From: Raillietiella orientalis
Taxonomy: Eukaryota
Length of the DNA: 64,000 nucleotides
Assembly: GCA_036172245.1 (NCBI GenBank)
Contig: JAYWIR010000063.1
Location: forward strand, 248,001 to 312,000
Direction of reading: 5' to 3'
The notes under the pieces are model-generated. The model was not told where the DNA came from. It searched no databases and saw only the letters and a program-made list of their open reading frames with translations. The position numbers were made by a program, and so were the translations under genes. Positions 35,101 to 47,070 of this stretch are shown piece by piece. The first letter of the stretch is position 1; every line of letters starts with the position of its first letter.

Positions 35101-38100
35101 TTCTGTCTCGACCCTCCCGTCATTTTTTTTTTATTTATTGTCCTCCTCCCCCGTTCCTTTTTGGAAGCCAGCCTGCGGGTCGATGGTTAACCTGAAAGAA
35201 CTTATTTTTTTTTTTTTTAACATTTTTTGTTTTTGAGGGCGACTCTCCTTTCTGTCTTTCTTGTAGTTTGATTTTTAAAATAAATGCGAAGCGACGGTCC
35301 GGGCCCCCCACGTCGGTCCCTGCAAAGCAGCGCGCCCCGCCCCCCTCCTCCCCCAGGGAGAACGGAGACTCGGCGCACCCCGCAGGAACACGGGGGCGAA
35401 GAAGCAGAGACAGCCGACTCCCCACCCTCGGGACGCCCCCCGGGTGACACCTCCGAGCGGGAGACCCGGAAGAGCGCTCGCGGCACGGAGACGCCCTCTC
35501 TCCCTTCTGAACCGGCCGGCCGGCCGCCCGCAACGAGCGCTCCCGCCTGCCGAGGAACGGTAGCGCTTCGCCTCCGGTGACGTCACGCACCCGAGCACGG
35601 CGGCCGCGACCCGCACACGCGAGAGAGGAAGAACCAAGGGCAGGGGTCGTAGGGGCAGGGCGGCGTCCTCCGGGCGGTCCTCCTCGTCCCCCAATGCACG
35701 AAGGACGTCGGCGACTCCCGCCGCCCTCGCGCGGAGGTACTGCATGCCCGGCTTGCGGTCGCGGATGCCGGCGCGGACGGAAGAGGCGCGACTTCCGGTT
35801 CCGGTGCTCAGTAAGGCTGGCCGCGGGACGGCGGTCAGGAGCGGGGCGCGCGGAAGGCGGGGACGTGGTCATCGTTCGAGGGGGAGACGAAGCGGCCTGG
35901 GTCATTTCGGGCGCGCAGAAGAATATTAGATGACCCACGACTGGGACGGTCACTCTGGGAGGAAGGGGGGGAAGGGGGCAGACCGTTCCGTCCAATGTCC
36001 TCGGCCTCTTGAGCTTCCTGATGGAGGTCACGGCTCGCCGAGGCTTCCTCCTCCGTCGCCTCGGAGAACGCCTCCAGGCAGAGCCAACGCTGCGCGGGAA
36101 CGCGTGCCAGGGGTGGGTGGGGGTCGAGGGAGGTCAATCCCCACGCACAGAACAATCCACGGAGCGACCTCGTGCCGCGGGAGCGACTCGCCGTGTTCGC
36201 CGCAGTCGGTCTTTCCCGGGCCGCGTCACGTCGCTTTCGCGCGTTCCGCCAGTGGCGCGTGAACTCGCGAGCATCAGCGGGAGGGCGAGTGCTAAGGGGG
36301 TCGGGGGAGAAAGGGGGGTGGAGAAAGGGTGAGATTCTCGCAAGGGTTCTCGCCGAGGCCCGTCGCCGCCAGGAGAGACGCCAGAGTCCGCCGCTTCGGC
36401 TGCATTTCCAGAGATGGTAGCAACCCTGGTGAGGCCACAAAAAAAAAAAACAGAGAGAGCAAAGAAAGCGCGCGCTCAGCAGCTGCAGCGAGTCCCATAG
36501 GATTTTGCCGGCGCACCTGCCGCTCTTGCGGCTGCACGGCATCGCAAGCAGCATGCGTGCTCCCCGTCTCCTTCCTTAGAAGAGACGCTGTAAAACATTG
36601 TAAGACTTTGTAGTAGCTCCACGCACTTTGAGAACGGGGAACGCGCGCGGCCTTTGATGGCGTCCGGGTGACCTTTGTGTCATGGGAACAAGCAGCTTCT
36701 AAAACCACGTTCTGCTGGAGGCAGCCTTTGGACTCCATCCCACCAGAAGCGGAAGCGGACGTTCTCCCGATGTGCTCGCAACACGTCTGGATCAGACAAC
36801 GCCGCCTCGACTCCTCTCTCCGAGCGTCGCAGCCAGCCGCTGCGGGCCGGGGTCACCCCTTGTCAGCAGCTGCCGGGTTCTGGCCTCCCAGGACGGGGGC
36901 CGACTCTCGCCGGGAACAGTTGCCTTGGCGGAGGGAGAACGACCGGATCTCCTGCTCCTCACCGCAAACCGCACTGCCCGGGTGCAGTCGCCGCAGGAAA
37001 TACCGGAAGATCCACGAAGGATGCCCTAAGGGCATCGTTTACCCCCTTGCTTCGGTGTTTCAACTCCCTCAGGCAAACAAAGGACAGCGCGACACTGGCA
37101 AGATGACTGGGAGGTGAACTGCCCTGCTTAGCAGGAAGGGCAGGACTTCCTGGCGGGTGCCCGACCCGAGAGTGAGAGCACGCTGCGAGCCCCCGTGTGT
37201 TCCACTCGAAGTTCTGCAGCGCCGGGTGCAACACCCGGAGGTTCCTGCGGAAGATCTGCTTCCGCTGGTCTCCCTCCCCCCCTCCGCCCTCTTCGAAGCG
37301 TCCGGAGTTGGCGCTGCTGCTAGTCCTGCAGCAAGGTCTCCCTTGCAAGGCACGCCTTCGCCGCTGGAACCGGGCTGCGCCAGCCGTGGTGCGGGAGAGC
37401 GAAAGAGCTCCCGCACCATCAGCTTCCGGGCGGAGCTGCCCTCCAGCACCTTCGTGGCCGTTTCTCGACAGCCTTTCCGATGCGGACGCCAGCCCGACCC
37501 ACCCTCGGCAGCGGCTCGCTGGCATGCGCGGGGAGACGGCGGCTCGGAACGCCAGCAGAAGAGCACGGCACGACAGCGGTGCCATCCGCCGGGCGGGATC
37601 GTTAGAGGGATCGCCGCGAGATGGCCCTGACAGGGAACGGATTGGGAAAGCACTTGCCAGTAGCATCCCGCAGGGGATGGGTGGAACGTCGCGAGACGCA
37701 CGCGGAATGTTCGTTCGGGGAGTTTCCGAAGCTCCCGAACAAACGCCTTTTTAACGTTTTTTTTCGCTCTTCCCTCTCCCACACGCCTTGTCTGTCTATC
37801 GAACCCCAAAGATGGAAGAGAACTTGTGCACTCGGTGGGGCCGAGAGGCCTACCGAAATCATCGGCTTATTTTTAAGAGGAAGGCCCCGGCGTGCCTGGG
37901 AATCCACATTCAGGTGTTTAATGAGTTCGAATACCAGTTGAAGATCACGTTCAGGAAAAGTATGGAACGGAGGGAACCCAAAGTAAATAAATATAAAATC
38001 TGTTTTTCTTTATTTTGTTTTGTTTGTTTGGGGGGTGGGAGGATCAGTGCATTGCATGCTGCAACGTCCCCTGCAGGATACTATCAAGCGAGTTCCAGGT

Positions 38101-38439
38101 GCTCCCCAGGTGGGGGCATCTCGCGGCGATCCTCAGAACGAGTTTCGCCCAGAAGGTGGCGTCAGCTTCGCTCCTTGTGGATCCGGAGCGTTGCACGCGC
38201 GGAATGCCGTGAACGTGCGGCGGACTCGACTTGCTGCCCCCGGCGATGAGGCCACCTCGTGCGTGCGCCCACCTCCCTCCGCTGCTCCAGCACGATGGCG
38301 GCGCCCGCGACGAAGGCGTGGACGCAGCGTCTCCTCCGTCCGCCGCCGTCGCCGACTGAGGGCGCGCCGAAAGTACTCCTCGCGCGGAGAATCGCCGAGG
38401 CGAATCCTTGGACTTTCATCCGGTTTTCTACGGGGCATT

Positions 38440-39050
38440 TCTTCATCAAAAATAGATAAATAAATAACCAGCACAAAAATAGTAGGGACGTCCGTCGGCA
38501 CTACCACTTCCAGACAGTGAGGAGCAGCCAGCCGAGAATTCGCTGCGCAGACCGGCGAGGACGGTCCCCACGGCAAAAGGAAAAATAAATAAATAAAAAC
38601 CTGAACGGGAAGCGAAGGTCTTTAGGGGGGGAGGCGCGGGAAGGAATCGCGTCCCGCTGGGGACCACCCTCTGTATCCCTTCGAGCGTGCTGGCAACGTC
38701 CTTTTGCATCTTCTTTCAGGTGTGGACCATCTCGTCGCCCTCCGCAAGTGTAGGCCTTGGGACGAAGTGGATATGGCGTCCCTGGCTCAGCCTCCTCCTC
38801 TGGTGGCGCTACAGGTAGCCAGGATCCCGCTTGGGCAACAAAGGGCTGCCGGGGATCCAACCGGTGGCAATGTGCCCCGCACCAGGAGGGGTTTCAGGGC
38901 GTCCCTGGGGCGTCACAGGGGGTCCCGTCGCTGCAGAGAGTCCCCACAATGGTCGCAGGACAACGTGGTCCACAGGCAGGTGCGAGAGGGTTCCACGTTT
39001 CCCCGACCTGCTGCAATCCGGGCCCACCACTTTCCCCTCCCGGACCTAGT
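38440..39050 (-). mobile_element. L1/Tx1-like LINE 3' end
   Basis: gctggggaccaccctctgtatcccttc...tttcaggtgtggaccatctcg matches 29475-29555. Confidence 0.55.
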
Positions 39051-39059
39051 GACGTCGGC

Positions 39060-40650
39060 GCGCACCGACAGGAGGGAGCGGTTCATCAGGAGCGCAGGGG
39101 TCCACTCATGATCTTCCTGGAGAACTCTCGGCGGATCACCGCAGCGAAAAAGTGCACCTTCAGGCGGGTCACCTGGGGTCGCGGTCAGCTGTGCCCAATC
39201 ATCCCGCGTCCTGCACCCGGAGGTGCATCTCAAGGGAGATCTCTCATTTTTCCAGGGTCGCTCTCTTGCGGAGGGCAGCGCTACGGCAAGGGAGGTTCCT
39301 TCCGTCCGTCCACGCTCACTGGGCGGCGTGCGCAACAGTCGCTTCCGTGACCCCGGGCTTGCTGGTCCCTGCCAAGCCCAAGCCCTCGGAGGTGCAGGAG
39401 AGCTGGAGGCAGCCTTCGCAACAGCTCTTCGAGGCCGCCGCAGTCCAAGATGGGTGGGGCAGTTGGAGATGGAAAGACGGGCCAGTGAACCCGAAGGTCA
39501 TTGATCTCCCCGAAAGACAAGGCAGGAGGACGCTGATTGCATCGAAAGTCCCGGTGCGGAAACAGCGGCACCCAGGATTCTTCGCATCGAAATGTGGGGC
39601 CTGGTTGCAGGGCAAGCGTCCGCACGTGTGCTCAGCACAACGAGCGATGTTCGGAACAGGCTCAGTGTTTTGTTGAGCCGTTCCTATAGCAACGGCTCGC
39701 TCCTGAAGATCCTGGAACACCCGCTGAAGAGTGCATGGGCAGAACCCTTCTTGTCGCGACGCTGCCCTCCCTCAGGGAACATATGGACAGCAACCTTGCG
39801 GCTAGATGGGGAATCTCCAGCAGGGGAGGGGACTGTGTGAGTGGACGACGCGTCAGCTTGCAGACGCTGCGACCCCGATCGTCCCACCTCGTGGACTTTT
39901 GCCCTGAGGCGAGTTACTGGGTATTCTGAAGGATGATCTGAGGTGGCCGCCTAGTGCTCCCGGACAGACACATCCTCTCATCAAAGGAGTCGGCGCTGCT
40001 GCTGCTGCACTGGAGCCTCCCGTGCAACGCCCGCAGGCATCACTGGACATGGGGAGAAGTGGACCCGAACTCTTCCAGGTGCGGGAACGTAAATCCATCC
40101 CACACCAGCTTGTAAATTGTGTTGCCCTCCAGCCCCTCTGGGAACGCTTTGACGCGATCCCAGGAACCCCCGGAAGCGACCCCAGGGACGCTTTATGACC
40201 CCTCCTCATACAAGACGCCCTTCGACCGGCAGTCTCGCCAGCACCCCTCTGCTGTTTATGTGGGATCGTCGCGGCCTGGAGCCACGCAAGAGGAGAACAA
40301 AACGCCAGGGGTGCCACACACATCCACTTTGCCGTCAGCTTCTTGAGGAAGACAAAGAGGTGGCCCCACTTGAAGAGCAGCATGAAACAAGAACTTGTCA
40401 GCATCTTCGGAAGGATGCAGAGGACCACTCCCAAAAGAACGTGACCCCACCCCGCAAAACGCCCACCCAACCCCAAATTTGTTTATTTATTTTTATTTTT
40501 GCTTTTTGCTCGCCTCCTTTCCCTCTGCTGCTGCTGGGGCGGACCCCACTCGTCTGCAAACCGGCAACGCGGCAGGTTAGACCTAAGAAGGACGTAGCTG
40601 GACCACAGGTTCAACCACAGGGAATGTGAATGTTTGTTTATCCAGGTGGC
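39060..40650 (+). mobile_element. L1/Tx1-like LINE, 5'-truncated copy with 3' UTR
   Basis: Homologous to 33650-34400 and 29240-29960 (both minus); shared UTR motif aggttcaaccaca. Confidence 0.6.
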
Positions 40651-41764
40651 AATTGGACCCTTCGCATCTCAACGGGAACACTGAAGTGTTCGTGCGCCAA
40701 GGAGGGACCACCAGTCTTTCGGAAAGGAAGGGAGGGCACGCCCAACAGCTGGCTCAACCCTTTTCTGGGGGCAAGGAGCGGCGGCATCCGTCCGCTCACT
40801 CGTGCCGACCACAGGAGCCCGGTCGTCATGGCAACGGCGCGCGGGACCTTCCGCTCCGTGGTCGCTTGTCCTCGGGGCAGACAGCACGGCGGCCTCCATG
40901 AACTCCCCTAAAGGCTCGCAAGGGACGAGGTTCCTCCGGCGTGCCGGTCCTCCGCGATCCCACCGTCCCCTGCCTCCAGGTATTCCGGTCGGTGGGATGG
41001 CGGAAGGGGGGATGCGCAGAGGGGCTTCCCCAGGAGCGAGGGCAATAGCCTCAGGAAGAAAAATCCGCATCCTCCCTCCCCGTGCCTGCTGCTTGGAAGA
41101 AGTTCCCTGGTTCGCCGGTGGGATCAGCGTGACAGTCGGCGTAGTAGCGCTCGCAGCCCGAATCCGTGGGCCGACGGGGCTCTCGGGCCAGTGTTCCGCT
41201 GCGTCGCTCCTCGGGGTTTCCCCAAGGGGTGAAAGTGCGCGCCGCGCCCCTAGCTTCGTGGCGTGAGGAGGATGACAGCGGAGATGCTCCAGGAAATCGA
41301 GGGGCGGACAAGGAGAGCGGTGGTGGCGGCGGAGGCCCCACTGCCCTCCCCACGACGCGCCGAACGGGGAGAAGGCGGCGGGCTCAGTCCCGTAGGCGCG
41401 TCGCCGGGGCGAAAGCCTTCCGGTGAGCCTCCCTTTTGCTCCCCGGCGAGGTCTCCTCCCCGCACCCGGAGTGATCCCGCCAGCAGGGCGCGGAGCTGCT
41501 CCGTCCGAGGCGAAGTTCTTCCTCGTTGCCAATCGGAGGCGAAGGGAGACCTCTCGTCCCTCCGAGGAGCAACCCTGGCTTCCAGGAAATCTCCGTAGGC
41601 GACCGCCTCCTCTCCCTAGACGGCCTCTAGCGTCAGGACGTCTCCTGCACAACACCGTGGGGAGCACTCGTGTCGGGGGGATCCATCCAAGTGCCTCCCA
41701 AAGCCTCCATGCGCGCTGGAGGGTCCTCTGGAGTTCTTTTGCTCACGCTACTCATCTTTCAGTT

Positions 41765-42385
41765 CTTTTTTCTTCTTTTCGGCCCTCGAGGAGGGCTGAA
41801 GAACCGTCGGCCACCTTACGGGCGGATCCAGAAGCTCTTTAAGCGGACTACACGCCACCAGAGGGCGTGAGTAGCAACTGTTCAAGCTGGAGAGCAGCTC
41901 AGGAGGGACCACCCCAGGAATCCAGGAAGGGCTTCGGAGCAAGGCGTCCCTTCCTCTTACGCTTGGGTGGGAACCTGGAAAGGAGTTCTCCGCCCCGGTT
42001 GTCCCCGAAGGGAACCGCTCCTGGTTTCCTTCTCTGAAGAGAACCGAAAGGGAGCAGGCGCTTCTTTCACCATGGATACGCCGGAGAGGCTGAGGGGATA
42101 TCAGTCAACTCCATGGTACGCGACGGAGGTTGCCCTCGAGGGGAAAGGCAACTCCATTTCCGTAACCGGAAGGGAACGGTCGCGAGGGTTGGGCCCCCTA
42201 TCCCAGCCAGTCAGCGGACACATCTGGGTGGGTTCCTGCTGCTTCCGCCGGTGCCACACCAGGTGAGGTCATGACGAGGTTAACCAGCGTCATCTGGCAG
42301 GGGAAACTCGAAGCCACGACGCATCCTCATTTTCTGTGGAGTCGGCCCTCCCCCGCTTCCCCCGGCTGGGATTCGAACGCGCGCC
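41765..42385 (-). mobile_element. tRNA-derived SINE-like repeat, copy 5
   Basis: Reverse complement has gttcgaatcccagc, cagatgacgctggtt, gttgactgatatcccct, ggtggccgacggttct and an A-rich tail; collinear with 2160-2660. Confidence 0.6.
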
Positions 42386-43389
42386 GCCTGGACTTCAACG
42401 CGGGTTCCCGGAGGAGATCCCTAAGGAAGCACCAGTCGCCACCCTGGACTGTACGGGCGGCGCTGGGAAGCAGCGGAGCGAGGGAGAAGGATGGGGCAGG
42501 AGTCGATGCCTCCACTTTTTGTCCATCGCCTTGGGGAGTGGCGGGTAGAGGGTGCAGTCCGTCCCCGGGTAGCGGGCGCGCCCTCCAGGGTGAACAGTTC
42601 GAGCCGGAAGCAGTCGGTGGGCCGCCGGCATCAACCCCGAGGACCGCACCCCCTTCCGAAGAGCGGATGGGCCTGCCGCTCCTTGGGTGCAGAGGAGGGA
42701 GGGAGCAGCGATGCTCATGAACCGTAGGTCCGAGACCCTAAATCGCTGCTGGCTCCTTCGTTGCGGACACCCGCGGGCACGGAGGGGACTCTGGGTGGCC
42801 TTCTTGTCCCGGCGGCACGCAGGAGAGAGCAGGGACGGGACGCCACCACCGCAAATCCCGGCGCGCTCGGTTCGTTCCCTACCGCCGCCTATGCCACGCG
42901 GGCGCTGCACGGGGGAAGTTCCGGCTCGCTGTGTCCGCGCGCGCACAGCAGTTCCCCCCCCCTTCCCTCCTGCCGCGACGCGGAGACTGTTTCCGTGGGA
43001 ACCGCACTCTGCTGTCCGAGACCGCGCGTTCCGACACACAAGGGGAGGAGCGGTCTTGAGAGGTGCCGCTTGCTTCGCATGGGGAGGGCGACGGGCGCTC
43101 CTGGAAGAACCTCCTCCTCGTACCAAAGGGGTTTCCAGGCGAGTTGGAGTTGATGGGGTGAAGACGGGTTGCGCAGAGAGACGCTCTGATCTCCCCGTCC
43201 ACTGCTGGTCTCCCAGCTCCACTCCTCCAAGACCGTGCTCTGACTCGCTGGGCTTGCAGGCGCCCGTCCTCAGACTTTCTCCTTCCCCCGCCGGCTGCAA
43301 CGATCGCCCAGCGAGAATGCAAACGTGAAGTAGCGGCGCTCCGGCTTCAGGCCGAAGTCATTTCGGCGGGTCACCAAGGGCCGCAGCGT

Positions 43390-44000
43390 CCGCTAGCTGC
43401 CGAGTTGTTCACGGTCTAAAATGCTTTTTCCTGTCTCCAATAGGCAGGAAAAAACTCTGCTATCCCTAGCGTTTTGGAGAGAGGGCAGCAATGGGGCAAG
43501 AGGGGTTAAGTTTGAGTGGCTTGGACATGATCTCTCGCATGGGTTATCGAGCGTGCCTCCCTCTCCGGAGGCAGGCGTACTCCGCCTCGCTCGAGCCGTG
43601 GATCTTCTCCCATGTTGAAACAGACTCCTGCAGCCATGCAGTGCAGTTCGCGGGGAGGCAGGAGATCCAGGAGTTTTGCTGCACCAAGGTAACCATTCGA
43701 CGCAGCTGATGGTCACATCATCAGGTGAGGTCTCCCGCGTCAACTGTAAGCAACACCATAAGCCAGGACAACTAACTCGACAAACCAGGACAGCCGATTC
43801 CAAGGAGACCCAATGTCATCAACAAAGACAACCAATTCCAGGAACAAGGACAACTAGCTCCATAAACGAGGAAATAGACAGTCCGCACAGTGTGACGCTG
43901 GTAAGCCATGGAAACGCGGGGATTTGTTGGCTGGTTCACGAGGACGACTTCGCTCTGAGTGCAGAGCACGAAGAACGTGCCCTGCTGTGCGCGTCTAGAA
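43390..44000 (-). mobile_element. L1/Tx1-like RT relic
   Basis: Minus strand gacaggaaaaagcattttagaccgtgaac reads as a frameshifted DQEKAFDRVN motif. Confidence 0.4.
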
Positions 44001-45904
44001 GAACCACCTCACAGACGCCGCTGAATCTACTCGCAAAAGCAACAGGGCGCCGCTCTCCGCCTGCTGATCACGTTCGCCTTGTTCCATCTCGGGTTTCCCG
44101 CGGCTCACCGTTCCGGAGGAGGCGGTCCTTCGAGAGGAGCAGCTCTTTGCACGCTGCTCGAGATGCGAGGGTTTTCTCCGCGCTGAAGAGACCGCAGCGC
44201 GGAGGCCGCTCCCTGTTCTCGCGGCTGCCCGGACGCCTGACGGGGGTTCCCTGTGTGGACGACCCACTCAGCGGAGGTGGCGGGGCGCAGCGAGCGGTTG
44301 GCAGCGCTGCGAAGGGGCTCATCCGCCCGGGCGCTCCTCCAGGCGTTGCTCAAGAGTGACGAGACGGTGGAAGCAGGATTTTTCCTCGCCGTCCAGTCTT
44401 TCACGTTGCGTATGCGATGGTCAGGATATACCTGCCCTCTGGCACTCAGACAGTATCCACGTCCCTTTGCCACTCGGGAGTTCAAAGCTCGACTCGTGGC
44501 TGCTGGCTTCGTCTTGAGAACTCTTCCGCACCAGAGCATCAGTTCGTGGGGCACTACAAATCCTGTCTATTCGAGCTGTAGGTGCTGCGCGACCCATTTT
44601 CTTCCGGTAGTGTTCAGCACCCGGTCCCCCGCGCACCCGTGGCGAGCCTGTCCAGGAAGCATCCTGGTTGTAACCCGACCTCCAGACCGGACGACGCCGA
44701 TGCGGTTGACTCCTTGCGTCCCCTGCGCCACGCATCGAGCGGCGCCTCTGGACTTTCTCGGGCGGGTTCTCGGAAGGCAGGAAGTCGGCGATTCGGTTGC
44801 CATGCGAGCATTCCGTTCGCGAGCGTCCTTTTTTCGGACGTTGCGAGGTCCTGCGTGCCTTTTGTTTCAGAGCGCTGCCCTCAAAGGCGTGGCTGGCCGA
44901 GCACTGGCGATTTCCGCGTGTCTCTCCATCGCCTGCGTGCCACAGGATTCCCCCTGCCGGCGCAAGAAGCGCACGGACCCTCCCTTCCGCTCCTTCCTTC
45001 CGAGTGTCTGAACCGCCGCTTCATTGATATGGAAAACCTTAGCAGAGCCGCTGGTCTTTCCGCCCTTTCACGGTCTTCGTTCCCCATTCAGGACAAGTTT
45101 TTCTTAAGTTGTTTCCTCCTTGGGGCTGCAGCTGAGGAAGTGCTCTGGCACTTGGGACGAAAGAAGCAACGTGGCACTCTCGATCTCCATTCGTACGGTA
45201 CGAAACATCGTCCGCGCACCTCGACACAGAGTCGAGTACGAACCGTGAGCCAAACGACTAGACTGGCGTCACGTGCGACGTGGCGCGCGACAGCCAGCGA
45301 CGTCCGCAAACGCCTGCTGCTCCGCCAAAGGGGTGCATCGTATTGTCAACTGTCCTCTCCGCATGTCCTCAACATGCTGTACTTAATCGGGAAACTGCTG
45401 TTGACCTTGGCTCGGCTAACCTGTCAAGAGAAACCGCAGCAAGAAAAGTGAACTTACGACATGCACGATAGCAAAGAAAAGAAGGAAACAAACAGGAAAA
45501 AAGAAACTGTAAGTACACTCCTGGCTGGTAACGGAACTCGGAAGTCTGTCTTGTACTTCTTGGACATTGGCGCCGCATGCGGATGATGAAGTGCAGCACA
45601 CACAGGGCGTCTCCGGACAGTTCTTCGAAGTTGCCGCACGGAGATGCAATCCGCCGCTGACGCTGTCTCGGTAGCGCGCCGTGGGCCGCCGCTCCCTCTT
45701 CTCTTACCGACCAGTTTAGCAAAAACAGAAATTTCTTGTCCAAGGTGAATTCTTCTCACACACACAGCGTCCTTGCCACCCCGCTTGGCAAAGGACCCGA
45801 AGCGGAAACGAAACGCGCCGGCCGTCGTTCCGATGACGGTTCCCGGTGAGGGAACCAGCGCAGGCTCATGGTGAACTGATGGGTTCGTGGAGAGAGCGGA
45901 GCAA

Positions 45905-46206
45905 GGCATTGTTGCGTGCGCGGCCGGGCGGCGTCGCCTGGAGACCACCCGACGCACTCCGAAATGCGCGCGCGGCTGCCGACACGGAGGCAGACGGAGG
46001 CATTGTTGCGTGCGCGGCCGGGCGGCGTCGCCTGGAGACCACCCGACGCACTCCGAAATGCGCGCGCGGCTGCCGACACGGAGGCAGACGGAGGCATTGT
46101 TGCGTGCGCGGCCGGGCGGCGTCGCCTGGAGACCACCCGACGCACTCCGAAATGCGCGCGCGGCTGCCGACACGGAGGCAGACGGAGGCATTGTTGCGTG
46201 CGCGGC
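45905..46206. repeat. Perfect 94-bp tandem repeat (3 units + 20 bp)
   Basis: Units start at 45905, 45999, 46093 and 46187 (ggcattgttgcgtgcgcggc...). Confidence 0.95.
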
Positions 46207-46719
46207 TAGGCGCCGGCGCTGACGGCGATGCCTGCTCTTCTGTCTCAGACAAGGTCGAGTCGCTCGCCGAACCTCCGGCAGTGCCCCGGGAAAATTCCAG
46301 GTGGCCGCCCTCCGAAGCGGAGGCGGAAACCGGGAAGCGACCCATCGTTGAGGCGCAAAGGCTCGCTCGGTCACTTGGGGCTGTGAAGACTCTGGGAACA
46401 AGGTGGTGGGGACACTGCTTTCCTCTGCCTTTCGTTGCGGCGGCAACATCGGGAGAGTCCGTCGCCGACGTGAGGTCCAAACTGACTCGCGTGCTTCCGC
46501 TGTACTGATGGAGGACCTCCCCCCACTGCCGAAGCTGGTTGCCATACCCAATTCTCTGCCCTCTTATTCTAAAAGTTACAAGAGTTGCCCCTTTTCGGTT
46601 CTGAGTCTATGGACAGGTGCTTCACAACGAACGTAAATTTTTTTTCTTGATCAATTTTTTATTTATGCATTTGTTTAAAAACAAGCAGCCTTTTCTTTTT
46701 TAAAAAAAAAGACAAAAAA

Positions 46720-47070
46720 TAAATTGATATGAAGATATACTAGATGGGCGGCTGGAAAACACAAGAAAACCTTGGGAAGTAGACGTTCAAAATGGTATTT
46801 GCGAAATCGTTTGGTTACAGGACTGCAAGAGTGCATCTTCGCGAGATGCACCCGGGGAAACTTCTCGGAGGACGAGTGTTTGGAAAGTTGACTAGACGCA
46901 CGGAATCCAGAAGCCGAGGTTTCTCGCGAGGGAAGAAAGGGACCCTCGGGCCTCTTACCCTGCTCCCAGACCATAGGTGGAACGAGAAATGTCTGCCCTT
47001 TGTTTAGAGAGTTGGAATGCGGACTCTCCAGGCATAGAAAATGAGTGCCTTATTGTCAGCGCATGGAGTG
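46720..47070 (+). mobile_element. Possible APE endonuclease N-terminal relic of a LINE
   Basis: EIVWLQD and SRG segments resemble APE motifs DIixLQE and SRGVA; weak. Confidence 0.25.

Noticed and set aside
35570..35810. Promoter (TGACGTCA CRE and ACTTCCGG ETS motifs in CpG-rich DNA)
   Set aside because: No adjacent gene found; such motifs arise readily in this composition.
45905..46206. CRISPR-like array (also considered for the 30-bp repeat at 16647-16800)
   Set aside because: Units are contiguous with no unique spacers, there are no cas genes, and the context is eukaryotic.
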